Below, one piece after another: positions 26,906 to 39,700 of a stretch of 64,000 bases of DNA. The stretch lies in contig NW_003314329.1 of NCBI RefSeq assembly GCF_000143415.4, positions 633,774-697,773 of the forward strand, read 5' to 3'. Both the position numbers and the translations under genes were made by a program. Source of the DNA: Selaginella moellendorffii. Lineage: Eukaryota; Plantae; Lycopodiophyta. The notes beneath the pieces are model-generated. The model was not told the origin of the DNA and ran no database searches. It saw only the letters and a list, made by a program, of their open reading frames with translations. Position 1 is the stretch's first letter. Each line of letters starts with the position of its first letter.

Positions 26906-27366
26906 GGGGCTGGGTAGTTTTTGAGTTGAGCTCACAAGTTGAGCTCAAGTCAATAAAAGTTAATGAAAGTCAATATAGTCCACCAAATACAAAAGATGAT
27001 GTTTAAATGATTGGTTCGGGACGAACCAACAATTCTATTCAAAACTTAAGATATATTTTCAATCCAAGGAAAAGCTAAATAATATAAGTCTAATAAGAAA
27101 ATAAATATCATAAGTCAAAGAAAAAACTCTATATTACCACTAAAAATTTTGACTAAAAAAAGAACTAAACTTAGTCTTCCTTGGCATCCACATCCACAAA
27201 AGGAGGAGTTCGTATAGTATTATGCTCTCTAATTGTGGGCTCTTGTTGTATATGAGCTTGCGCCATTGCTTCTGCATAACATAGCAAATTACAGCCCACG
27301 TCATCGATCCACCTAATATACACAACCATGATGGAATTACTATAATGAAAAATTTATACTTTATTA

Positions 27367-30300
27367 TCACTTGTTATAAAATGTCCCAAGAACACCTTCA
27401 AATGCACTCTCCTTCAATAGTGCAAAAACTACACTCCCAGTCTCTTTAGCCGCTAGCACCATCAAACCAAAACCTGTTGTAGCATCAAGCACAATTCCCT
27501 TAGGAGGACAAAACAACTCTAGAAGGATTTGCATGGCCTTTGGTGAACGGTGTTGATAGCTAGGGAATTTTATATGATGGTCCTTGTTGATGACATTCGG
27601 GATGATATCTGTTGAGCTATCATAACCTGGCAATGCCAAACCTGCACGCTCATCAGCTCGTGTAATACTGTGACAGCAAGAGTAGCACCAGAGAGCATGG
27701 TAGTGCCATGCTAAAACCTACAATGAAAAGAGACAATCAATTTAAGATATTAAAAATAAGGAAATGCAAACCTTTTGGATTTGGCCACTTGCTCCTTTTG
27801 TTTCGACTAGGATGTTTGAGAGTAGGCAGCCTGATGCAAACTCAACCAATCTAGAGTCATCATTCTCTACCATCATTGCAAGAAGACTTCCCCAAAATAA
27901 AAAATGGAGAAGAATGACTAGCATAATGCCCTCATATTGCAACACCTTGGATGCCACATCCACCGCTTGAGAAATATGGTCCGGTCAAAAGATGTTCCAG
28001 GATGGAGCATTGCCTTGTATAGGTGGTAACTTATTAGGCAGGTTAAAGAATGCGAGGTCGATGCCGAAAGTATTGTTCATTCCCAATCCTCACATCCATC
28101 GATGGAATATAGAAGACTCTCAGCTCATGTTGTTGGAAAGCTGAAAGTAGTCCCCAATAATTATTCCACATTGCCAACACTTCCCATAGGAGAAAGAGGG
28201 CAAACTTGAATAATGTTCAAAACCGGGAAATATTAAAGTTAATACTTGTTTTTTTTCATACCTATTTATGTGAAGCCGATAAAGATAACTCTTGTGTAAA
28301 CGCTCCTAGGTTTGGACTTCCCGGGAGGTCACCCAGCCCAGTACTATTCAAACCCAAGGACGCTTAACCCCAAATATCCCAAGACACTTAACCGATTGGA
28401 AAAGGGGGTGCACTCTTGTTCATGGGCCCTTTCCCTTTATATTTGAACCCCATGGATCGTCTCTCAAGTCGTTCCCTTTGGTTGCTTACAATCCACCACG
28501 CTTCCCTGCAAGTTCACGCCCTCGTGAATGGAAGCTGAGAGCCACAGCTCTCCCGAGAGCCCCGCTCTCTTGACACCCTACCCCTCGGGTCGAGCCCAGC
28601 GGGAGCAAACTGGACCAGCCAGATGTCAATCAACATGTGGTGTGATTCCCCTAGCCAACCAACAGTGTCGGACCCGAGACCGCTCCGATACTAAGTTGTA
28701 AATGCTCCTAGGTTTGGACTTCCCGGGAGGTCACCCAGCCCAGTACTATTCAAACCCAAGGGCTTAACCCCAAATATCCCAAGACCCTTAACCGATTGGA
28801 AAAGGGGGTGCACTCTTGTTCATGGGCCCTTTCCCTTTATATTTGAACCCCATGGATCGTCTCTCAAGTCGTTCCCTTTGGTTGCTTACATCTTGGAGGT
28901 CATCCTCTATAGTAGTGGGGAGGGATGGAAAGAATGCATTTGTATGTCAACGTATAGAGTGCTAGCTGGTTTCTCCGACATCTACAACCAAATTACAATA
29001 AACAAGGTCATTGGAAATCAAATTCTTACTCTCTTGGATGTCCTCACTATGGAGTTGCTTTCGTACATTTCGAGCAGTTGGGGCTAGATGAGCAGCGGCA
29101 GTAGGATCTAAGAGCAATTGCTATAAGATGAGATGGGGCAGGAGAGTTTTCAGCCGGGTTCTCCACTCATTCGTCTTCAGTCTACTCAATATAAATCTCG
29201 TCCCTATCCTGAGGCATCTCCACTCCCTCTAAAAGTGCCTCTACAATAAAGTAGAAACATAAGTTACTACTAGCAAATTTTAGTCATCAAACCTGGATGA
29301 CACTTGAGGTAGAGATCAAGCTCAAAAGGTGACGATGGCATTTGCCTCCATAACTCCAAGTACCATGAACAAAATTCTTGCTCCTGCATAGTGGGACAAT
29401 TGAACTCTGGCTTATACATGCCAAGTTTCTTCCCACTAGTTAAGAGCTTGAGAAAAACACTTGCTATGTACACTGGAGCACTTGGGCAATGATTTAAATA
29501 CCTACAAAAGAGCCATGATTAAATAAACAAATCAATTTCTTGTAATATACCTATATGCCATGTGGCGCGAGAAAAATGGTTGGCCCGGATGGTTCTTGAA
29601 ATCCATAGAGCTTGAGCTGCCATCAGGAAGCCATCCATCCCCAAGCTCTTGAAGGGAAGCTCGAATATATTCTGGAAGTGTTATGCCAATGTGGGCACTA
29701 GTAAGGAACTTCGTATCCCATACTTGAAGTAGCTCCTTAGCAGTTGCAATACTCTGAGTGATATAGAGCTTCTCCTTCATCACATTCTCAAGTATGCTCT
29801 CCAACCTTTTATCATTGTTATGATGCCAAGTGTTGAAGAGCTCTAAGCATGAGGTTTGTTCGTTGAAGGAGAGCTTGATTTTTGCAATGTTATAGATCAA
29901 TTCTTCAGGTGCTTTACCATTTCTTGCAAGGATAAGGATTTCAAAGTGGAATGAGAAATCTAAAAGGGACTAACTTACTACCACGAGAGCATATCTCTGC
30001 AATGCAATCCAGCCAATCTTTATCGCCTTGAATGTCTACAATCGCAAGTAGCTTCTTCACCTTTGATTTTTTTGAGTTCAAAATGCACTGCTCAATTTGT
30101 CATAGTTCAAGGTTCTTTTGCACTTCATCCATCACTTGCGTAATCTTCAAATATGAGTTTTGCTCTGCCTTGACAATTGGCTAAAAGGAAAATTTGTGTG
30201 TAGAAAACACAAGTTCATGTAAGAAAAGGATACCTTTGCCCAAATTGCAACCAAAAAATCCATAGGCACTTGATACTATATAAGCAACTCTTGGCCTTTA

Positions 30301-31425
30301 CGTGCTACAAGCTTTGCTTGAATTGCTTCCATAACCTCACAACTATACAGCATTTGGATTTCCTCGAGAGAAAGCATACCAACATATCGAATGTGCTTGA
30401 TATCATGGACCAAGGTATGTGCTTGGAAAGCAAACTAATTAAGCCTGTAACATAGTTGGTGAGAATAAAGGTTACTAGTAAATGATTCTTACATGTTGAT
30501 CTTGTGACATGCCAAGTTGAGCCTCACAGCTTGGTTTTGATCCTGTGGCTTCATAAGTGTCACTAGAACACAAATATGTTGTTCATCATCATTTTGGAAC
30601 TTCTCTTGGATACACCTCCAAAACGCTGACCACCTGTGGTTTTCATCAATAATGAAGAACATCAAGCCTACAAAGGCTTGTGTCTCTTTATGGCATGCCA
30701 TCAAAGTATCAAACTCTTGAGATTTCCTCTGCCATATTTGATCCCAAGTTTGCTCGATCTCATGAGTAACCATGTCTATGCAATTTTTTTCCAGGGAATG
30801 ATGACAACACAATAAATGATCCAATAGTGTGCCCAAATCCAATCTCTGTGAAAGAGGTATAAATAGCCATGTTGAGGTTGTAGGCTGAGTGCACGCAATG
30901 ACTTTGCTTAAGACGGCAAAGTGGAATCTAAAGATGTTGGTATCTTTTTCAAGCCATTTCACCTAACACCTTATTGATAGTTTGTTCTTAAGCTTAGACA
31001 ATAGTCTTGCCTACTTGCTCATTCAAGATTGTGTCAGCTTCTAGCATAGTTACCACCTCATTTCTCTGACCTTCAGGAGTAGTAACATGTTCACCATTTC
31101 CACTACTAAGATCTGCCCCACCACCTATAGCACCAGGTGCCTCATTTCTGCCACTAAGTTCCACACCACCACTTATGGCACTACCACCAGTAGCTTCTCC
31201 TGTGCTATAGCTAGCTTTTGCATTTCCACACTCTCTAGAACCATCTGGCTCCTGCATGCTAACACTTGGATGGATCTGGACACCACTGCTCCCACCATGG
31301 TCTTCCTTTGAAGTAGCGCGTTGAACTTGTGAGGTGTCCCTAGTGAATCTAGCACAATGATTTAGTCATTTTCCTAGAGAACGGGTCCATTGAGGTTGAC
31401 CAGCATGCTTCTTCTATTGTGGCAT
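27367..31425 (-). pseudogene. intron-containing ParB/Srx-like plus amino-methyltransferase (beta-type) fusion gene, copy 1, disrupted
   Basis: FFIIDENHRWSAF (~30640); IDLAFFNLPN (~28040); SPKAMQILLELFCPPKGIVLDATTGFGLMVLAAKETG..VFAL (27367-27639); stops, frameshifts and a Cassandra insertion. Confidence 0.75.
28295..28890 (-). mobile_element. Cassandra-type TRIM with 5S rRNA-derived LTRs (28295-28490, 28697-28890)
   Basis: TG..CA LTRs; TSD TCTTG; empty site in copy 2 (~41314); minus strand GTTAAGCGTCCTTGGG...AGTACTGGGCTGGGTGACCTCCCGGGAAGTCC matches the 5S A/C boxes; iMet-like PBS. Confidence 0.93.
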
Positions 31426-31490
31426 GATTTATATGTTTGCATGAAAATGACAAATAAACTTGAGTAAACATTAAAAAAACCGTGAAGCAG

Positions 31491-31880
31491 TTCCCTTAGC
31501 ACTAGGAAGATTGGTTCGTCACCGAACTAATCTTCTTAGCGCCAAGGGAACAAAAAAAAGAAGAAAAGAAGCAGTTCCCTTCGCACTAGAAAGATTGGTT
31601 CGTCGCCCAACTGATCTTCTTAGTGCCAAGGGAACAAAAAAAAGAAGAAAAGAAGCAGTTCCCTTGGTGCTGGGAAGATTGGTTCGTCGCTGAACCAATC
31701 TTCTCAATGCCAATGGAACAACAAGAAACAAAAAAAACCCATAATCTATTGTGCTAGGAAGATTGGTTTGTCGCTGAACCAATCTTCTCAGCACCAATGG
31801 AACAACAAGAAACAAAAAAAAACCGAGAATTTGATGTGCTGGGAAGATCGGTTTGCTACCGAACCAATCATTCCAGCATG
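31491..31880. repeat. tandem array of 5 long palindromes (~84-bp period, arms up to 28 bp) with A-rich spacers
   Basis: consensus TTCCCTTGGTGCTGGGAAGATTGGTTCG-TCGC-CGAACCAATCTTCCCAGCACCAAGGGAA; about 1.5 units remain at 48834-48950. Confidence 0.9.
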
Positions 31881-32249
31881 AAGTAGCCGTGAGGCGCAAG
31901 TTACTTGCGAGCTAGGAGCAAAAGATGGGGAGATGGAAAAATAGGAGAGAGAGGCATACTTTGTTTTAGGAGTGTCTTTTTAGTGTCTTGAAGAGCATCT
32001 AGAGTCTTGATTGAGAAGCATCTTAAAGCATTCAAACGTTTTTCTCCTTGCTCAAACCCTAGCAGTAAAACCCTAAAAATTAGAGGTCACAATCAATTTT
32101 TTAACAGTATTTGGATATATTTATAAGACAAATCCACTATGAACATAGATTTCACGTGTTCTTTCCAAGGAGACAATCATTCAATGCTTTAGATATTAAT
32201 TGTATAATTGATTGTGAGAAGAATAATATTGTTGAAGTGAATGGGGTTA

Positions 32250-33745
32250 TAAGGGAGAGGCAAAGGCAAATGAGTGGTGCATATGGTGGAGTGAAGGAGA
32301 CAAAATGCCAATTGAACCTTCCATAGATGAAATGTTGGTTTGTTTGGTGGGAAGTTCAAATGTTTTTCTAGGGTTATTATATTCTCTATGTAAGTTTTCT
32401 CTCATTTTTCTTTTTTTATCATTTTCAAATGTTACATTTTTCCTACGATAAACCACTTGATAACATTGCACTTACACCAACAATTAATCTCTTTGAGAGC
32501 AAACATTGGAGTTGGAGAACTTCCAAAGTAGGGAAAAGAAAAGTATTCCTCTATGAAGCTACACTCTCCGACCTCACTAGATCTCTTGAGCAGTCATCAA
32601 AAGCTTTGGCTGCACAGGAAGCAAGGTTTGGTAGTACATGTCTAAACTTAGAGAAGCTTCAAGAGCGGGTTGGTAGAAGGACAACACCAGTAATAGGGTC
32701 AATATCTAAGATGGTGGGGGAAGTTGTTACTGGAACTCCTATGGAATCAAGTTATGAACCACTTGGGGACATGAGGACAACCCATTTGAAGAGTCAACAA
32801 ACATTTGATGGGCCCAACATCACTCCTTTTAGCTCTTACCATCCAGAGTTTGACTACCATTCTATTCCATGACACTGGAGAAGAACTAAGGAACGTGGAG
32901 TGGAGGAGGGAGGAGGTGCCAATTGTTACATAAGTAAATCTAGTGCCAAAGGTTGAGAAGATTATTGCTCTTGAGCCAGTTTCTTGTATCAATTGGGCAA
33001 TTCAAAGGGTCAGTGCCAAGAGTAATGCACACTGCTCCGGAATAATTGGGAGTCGAGGTCAGTGTCTTGCATTTGTGCGCTTAGGTTCAAGTTCTTTAGC
33101 AGTACCATGTTTCTGGGCTGTCGAGATCTAGGGTTAAAGAGCCGCTAGTCAAGTTGGATTTACTATTGTGGGATTGATGTTACTCATACAAGCTAGATCC
33201 ATAGCTCAATTATCTCGAAGCTAGATTCTGTGCCAGAGGAGTGGCCAGTTGAGCAAAGCTACAATCTTTTGAAAGAAGAGATTGAAAGTTTGGAGAGAGC
33301 TGGTTTCAAGCTGAAGACTTCCTTAAATGTTATTATTGATACTGCTATGTCACCAATGTCAACACTAGACTGGCATACATGACCAGCTAGAAATGGGAAG
33401 GTTGTACAATATAGGTATTTCATTTCAAAAGGTGCATAAGAGAAGATCAAGCTAGCAAAGGCATTGAAATGCACAATCACAAGGATAAACTACATCAGTG
33501 CCGTGGCTAAGGAGTTTGTTGTTATGACTGAGCTGTGAAAGGGTATGAGCTACACTATCAGAATCTGCAAAAATCCATCTTGGACCTGTCTAGATTTTAC
33601 ACAGAGGGAGAATAGGGGAAAGGTATATTTAGCCTGTAAGCACATCTATTACATTTTTATGCAGGAACAAAACCAAGATCCTAAAGTCGACCATCACATC
33701 TATCAGGCATGCCTTACAATTGCAGAGCTTGAGAAGTGTTTCTAG
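32250..33745 (+). pseudogene. MULE transposase 3' half with SWIM zinc finger, copy 1
   Basis: TINLFESKHWSW; YTIRICKNPSWTCLDF...ACKHIYYIF. Confidence 0.8.
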
Positions 33746-36700
33746 ATTGCTTGTAGTGTTCGGATCTATATTTATATTTGTATTTTATTGATCGAATTAC
33801 TTGGAAATATAGATTAAATCAAAATTTGAAAAATGAAAAGATGTTGGTTCAGGAGGACAAACCAATGTTTTCCTTGTGTTTGAGAAGTCATGAACTCAGC
33901 TCGTGAGCTCATAAACTCAAAACCTTCTCGGGCTCCAATGCTGGGAGGAGGCCATCCCCTCCTAGGAGTTTGTTATCACTCAACTTCTCTAGTGTAGTGT
34001 GCAAGTCCTCTAGAGTGAGTAAGACACAAATCCCTAATCCCCAAAGTGGAGTTGAAAGAGTGCCATGTGGTAGTGGCTGAAGCAAAAGCCAAACGAGTGT
34101 AACATGTTTGGACTAAAAGCTCCAACTTGAAAAGTTGAGAGCAGGAGTGGAACTCCTAACGAAAACTCGAGGAACGGGCACGAGGCAAGCAATAAGAGAG
34201 TCTCTAGAAAAGGGACCGAGATGGAGTCTGAGATGTAGTTCAAGATGGACCAAGATGGAGTCCGAGATGAACCCGAGACGCAGTTCGAGATGGACCCGAG
34301 ATGCAGTCCGAGATGGACCGAGATGGACTGAGATGGAGTCTAAGATGGAACCGAGATGGAGTTTGAGATGGAGTCTGAGATGGTGTCTGAGATGGACTCA
34401 AGATGGAATCTGAGATGGAGTCCGAGATGGAGTCTGAGATGGAGTCCGAGATGGTGTCCAAGATGGACCCAAGATGGAATTCGAGATGGAGTCTGAGATT
34501 GACTTGAGATGGAATCCGAGATGGACCGAGATGGAGTCCAAAATGGAGTCCGAGATGGATCTGAGATGGACCCGAGATGGAACCTGAGACGAGACCGAGA
34601 CCAAGACCAAGACCGAGACTGAGACTGAGTCCCAGTTCGAGACTAAGTCCGAGTCCAAGTCTGAGTCTGAATACTAAAGTTGTTGGGTGAAAGCCCAAAG
34701 CAATCGTCTCCTGGGGGGGGGGGGGTGCTGCGGGGGAGAGTGTGAGGCTTGGACCCTAGTGGAGCCAGTTTGGCTAGGAAAGGCCAGTTTGGCTAAGGAA
34801 GGCCATACCCAACTATTAGGTGATGAGATAACCACTGGGAAGTCCAAGGCTAGAGTGAATACAAATTGACAAGCGGGGTAGTTTGGTGAAGTGTACAAGA
34901 GCCGGCACTTGGATACTTAGCATGGCTTAACAGAACTTTGCTCTAAACCCATGGCTAGAGCACCCAAAGGTGGAAGGCAGGGAGAGTACCTATAGGGCTC
35001 GCGTAGGGCTATGGTGTTCTGAAATGTTGTCCTGAAGTCTCAAACTATGGAAAGGAAGAGGAGCAGTCTTTGAGAGACGGGACTGTGATGCAAGTGGTGT
35101 TAGACCACCGGTGTGACCAAGGTGAAGGGGCATGGCCTTAGCGTAACGGGCGGATATATCAATGGTACCTTGGGGTGTCAGTCATGGGGCCAAATATGTG
35201 GAACACTTGGACCAAGTGCAAAGGTTGAGTGGCATGGATGCTATTCTCAGGGATAGCAAGCCCTAAGTCTGGTATAGGACTTATAGAAGTTGTGAGTGAA
35301 ACTCCTCCAAGTGGTTGGTGGTGTGGTTAAGTGACTAAAGTAGAATGGAAAATTTAGTCACTTACAACTTGGTATCGGAGCTGTTCCTTAGTCCGAATTT
35401 TATTGGTGCTCAAGTATATCACCACTTGTGTTGGCATTGCAAGGTCCTAGGAGTGGGCCGATCCTTGAGGAGTAGCAGGTCGGGAGGACATGGCTCTCCA
35501 CTACAATTTATATGTGAACTTGTAAGCAAGGTGGTGGATAGAAAGGGCCAATAAGAGAACGACTTTGGGATTTTAGGAATAGTATAAGGTTTTCCTCAGA
35601 CAATTAAGGATGTGATCCAAATGAGCGTTTGACTTAATAAATTTGCTAATATAGTTGTGGTAAACAACTATAGATGGGATCATAGGGAAGATAGAGATTT
35701 CAAAACAATAAAGGAGTCACAAGATTACCCTCATATAGTACACTTGCAAAGATGGTCCTTGTTAGTAAAGCATGAATATAAAAAGTTATATTCTAGTGAG
35801 CTAGCACCTCAAAGTAAGTTCGTATGGGTCGTCAGATTAGCAAAGTCCAAATGTTAAATGATTCAAGTAGAGTCAAGAAATGATTGTAAATGATTGGTGG
35901 AAGCATCTGAACTAAAATGTGTTGTACCCTACGAAGGATAGGGAGGATCATAAGATTTAAGTATGAGAATAGTGAGTATCTCATTGATGGTAGAATATGC
36001 CATATTAAAGTCGTGGGAAAGATGTTCCTAAAAGAAAGCAACTTTAGCACAGAATTGTATGTGAACACTATGGTATAGTGCTAACTAATAGTTGGCATAA
36101 GAAACAACTGTGTTGGTCTTGGCAAAGACCTAGACAAAAGTGGGAAGTGTCATAAAGGTAAAGTCATGGAACATATGGTGTGGAGACACTAAATATGCCA
36201 AGGTGTGTTGCCTTGATGTTAAGTTGGCAGGTTCATGAGAACCCTTACCAAAGGAATCCCAATAGAAATGGGAATGGAATAACCTAAGTTGGAAGGCATA
36301 TGGTTAGAAGGTGATGACCCAAATAATGATGGAGGTGTGGAAGCACTAGCAATGAGTTGTAGGATTTGATAATTATGAAGCAACTAAGCAAAAGGTGCAA
36401 AATAAATAATTGAATTAATATAAGTTAACTACCAAAGACTTTTTATTGGGATAAGAAAGTTAGATATACCCCTCTAGGGGATAAATTGCTTATGTTAAGA
36501 TATAGTAAATCAATGTCGTAAAGGGTGTCAAAGAAGGTTATCATTGGGACACCAAAACACTCTAAAACACCAGGGAATGGTGTTTGGAATTATGAGGGCA
36601 TTAGATAAGGCCCAAGGGACTAAGTCCCTAGTGAATAATGGATAGGAAATGCTATCCAACGTCTAAAGTTACGGAGATAGGAGAAATTTGTTTATTCAAA

Positions 36701-39700
36701 TTGGATAAAGCCAAAAAGGGATTTTAGCATAGGTAACAATGGGTATAAAGAGGCCCAAGTGTAACGACGTTAATCCCAATGTGTGGGATTATATAGTGAG
36801 CATATCCAGATTAAAGAACCACTCCCTAAGTTATTGGGTAGGTTTGTCATAATACTTGCTAAGGCATGGTAGAAAGTACAAAACTACTTGCGTAGATGGA
36901 AGAAGAATAACTAAAAGGAAGGTATAAGGCTAAAATGTAAGTAATAAAAAGATAGAGCCAAATGATAGGAATTGTAGGACATAACTAAGGGTGGTTATGT
37001 AAGTTAAGAGTGGAGAATCAAATGAGTGCTCGAACGTGTTGCTATTAGCAACCATGATGCTATGGAGAGTCTAAAGTATATAATTGCCCATGTTAGATTG
37101 CATAACAAATAGAAAGTTTGTGAAAGGAGAGGTCTTAGCAAACTAAAGAAGAGAGTCCCTTCATAAGTAGATTAGTATCTAGAAAAACAAGTGTAAATGG
37201 TTTATAAAACACACGAAATCAAAGTGGTACAGCAAAAGCGTGGTCTTGAAGCTTGCTATGAGGCGAGACTATTAAGGTTGAGGAAATAGTCTCTGAGTGT
37301 TCAAAAAGATGGCTTTGAACAAAAGTCGATAGTTAAGGACTTTCACACTTATGCATGAAACCATATTACGCTAGTTGAGTGATTTGTCAAGTGAGATCGG
37401 CAAGTTAGGGGAACAAAGACCCTAGTTGAAGGTGTTAACTTCAAAAAGAGGTAGCCCATGGGGCCAAGCATGGAGGAGTCCATGCATGATCATAGACTAG
37501 TCTAATGAAAAGATTTAGCAATGAGGAGGAATTAAGTTCCTAAGTTGTGATCCATAACATGCTTTAAGTATATGTTAATGCAGTAGTGAAGGGAGTCATA
37601 CCAGACATCCTGGGTAATGTCGTTTGTAAATGCATATACAGAGGTTGGGTTCGAGTCCCAACTCACTAAGGCGTAGTGATAGTTTGGAATATGAGGACAC
37701 TTATTTTTCAATGGTCATAGACTCTCAATAAGGAGACTGGCTTGGGCACAGTGCCAAGTGGGGGATGCCCTAGAGTCGTGATGCACGATTAGATTGTTTA
37801 GTGTGAAACTTAGCATATCTAACTTGAACACTTTAGTGCAAGTAGCACCAAGGATGTGGTGAATGAGATGGAGATACCCAGTCTCAATTGCTTTAGATCC
37901 TTGGTTAGAAGGGTTAGCTTGGGCGCACTGCCAAGTGTGGGGGATGCCCTTGGGGTCATGGTTAACAATTTAAAGTTCTAGAAAACATAATACCTATTGG
38001 CAAACCATTTAAGTTATCAAAGTTAGATCACTAGGTGATCTTATGGCTAAGCAAAGACAAAGTCCTAAAGAATAAAGTTCTTAGTTCAAAATGTTAATTT
38101 GAATTATTGATAATGGTGTGGCTTGGCCAAGATGACCAAGTGAGAAGGACAAATAAAGGCAATGAACTATAACAATACAATGGTATTATAAGATCAAGAA
38201 AATAGTTTCCAAGGAAGGACCTATGGGTGGGTTGCAAGGTTAGGCTATGGATAGAGCCCAAAGTAGAAAATATTCAAGAGACTTACTAGGGGTGAATACA
38301 CCATAGATTTGGCAAAAGCAAAGCTTTTGTTATGGAACCAAAAGAGATACCTCAAAGATGGAGGTAATAATTCTATGTTGCTTGAAGTAACAATTAAAGG
38401 ATGGGAGCAAAAGATTAGTGGCCAAGAATGGGCCATGAAAATCATTAGAAGGAATCTAAATGGCCATATTAGGCAAAGAACACTCATAAATTAGGTGTTA
38501 ATGGATTTTGGGAAAGGAAATATATTTCAAAGAATGGATTCCCCAAATGCTCTAATTTGGCAAAGGAGAAAGCTCCAAGGGAGAGAGTGGCAAGCTAGAC
38601 AAATGATAGGGTTGTAGACAGCCCTAGCACAAATTATTTTTATTTTTATGCCACTTTAGGCATTAAGTTTGGTGTCCTCAAGTATAATACTTCTTAGGAT
38701 AGGGGAGTGGAGCTTGCATAACATGTGCAATGCAAGGTGTTAGAGATACCTAGGAAATTGACTTTGAGAAATCATAGTTAAAAGGTTCCAAAGTGACTCC
38801 ACCACCCATAGACGAAGTTTGATGTCCTCATTGAATAATAAACATTTTTATAAAGTAACCCCATCATGAATTACCACTTCTCATCCTTTAATATCTTTCA
38901 ATGATTTGACACTGAAGGCTCACTTAACTTTGTCCATCTTCTAAGGAGTATAGCATTTCCAATATGGACCACTTGTGGTGGTTCTCTCACTTTATTGGTT
39001 TAGTTTTCACTAAACTCATTAAAGGAACCTTCTCTATCTCAATCCCCCTACTCATTCTCGAGTAGTCTAAACTTTAATTAATATAACCATTGTGTGAGAA
39101 ACAAATCTTTAGAAAAGGGACACAAGAGGACCAATACATGACATGTCGTGGAGCTGAGATGGATCCGAGATGGAGTTTAAGATGGACCCGAGATGGAGTC
39201 TGAGATGGACCGAGATGGAGTCCAAGATGGGCCTGAGACAGAGTCTAAGATGGAGTCTGAGAAGGACTCGAGATGGAGTTCAAGGTCAAGGCCGAGACTG
39301 AGACTGAGACCGAGAACAAAACCGGGACTGAGACTAAGACTGAGTTCGAGTCCGAGTCCGAGCTCGAGTTAGAGTCTGAGTCCGAGGGTGAAAGCCCAAA
39401 GCATTCATCTCCCAGACTTTGGGGGGTTTGGTGAGCTCCAAAAGTATAGTAAGGGGAGGACTGCAATGGAGCCAATTTGGCTAGGAAAGGCCAGTGTGAC
39501 CAAAGAAAGTTATACCTATGTGATAGGTGATGATAAAACCACTAAAGAGTCCAAAGCTAAAGTGAATACAAATAGACAAGCAGGGTAGCTTGGTGAAGCG
39601 TTCAAGAGCTGACTCTAGCTCCCCTAGGATATCAAATGGTTGATGCTTCCAATCCAAGTGTGGGTGGCACTATTTACTTGGATACCTAGTGTGGCTCATT

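Larger units (their letters stand above)
26906..33935 (+). mobile_element. Mutator-like DNA transposon, copy 1 (5' part of transposase deleted)
   Basis: imperfect ~20-30 bp TIRs (GGGGCTGGGTAGTTTTTGAG / CTCAAAACCTTCTCGGGCTC); 8-bp TSD AAATGTTG/CAATGCTG (6/8); splits the LINE RT; colinear with copy 2. Confidence 0.88.

Noticed and set aside
27140-27370. 76-aa hydrophobic ORF also open in copy 2 (40163-40393)
   Set aside because: It lies just 3' of the MTase stop, has no recognisable domain, and its retention is explained by the similarity of the two copies; probably 3' UTR.
31491-31880. CRISPR-like appearance (palindromic repeats with spacers)
   Set aside because: The spacers are near-identical A-rich sequences rather than unique, the repeats are ~60 bp, there are no cas genes, and the context is eukaryotic.
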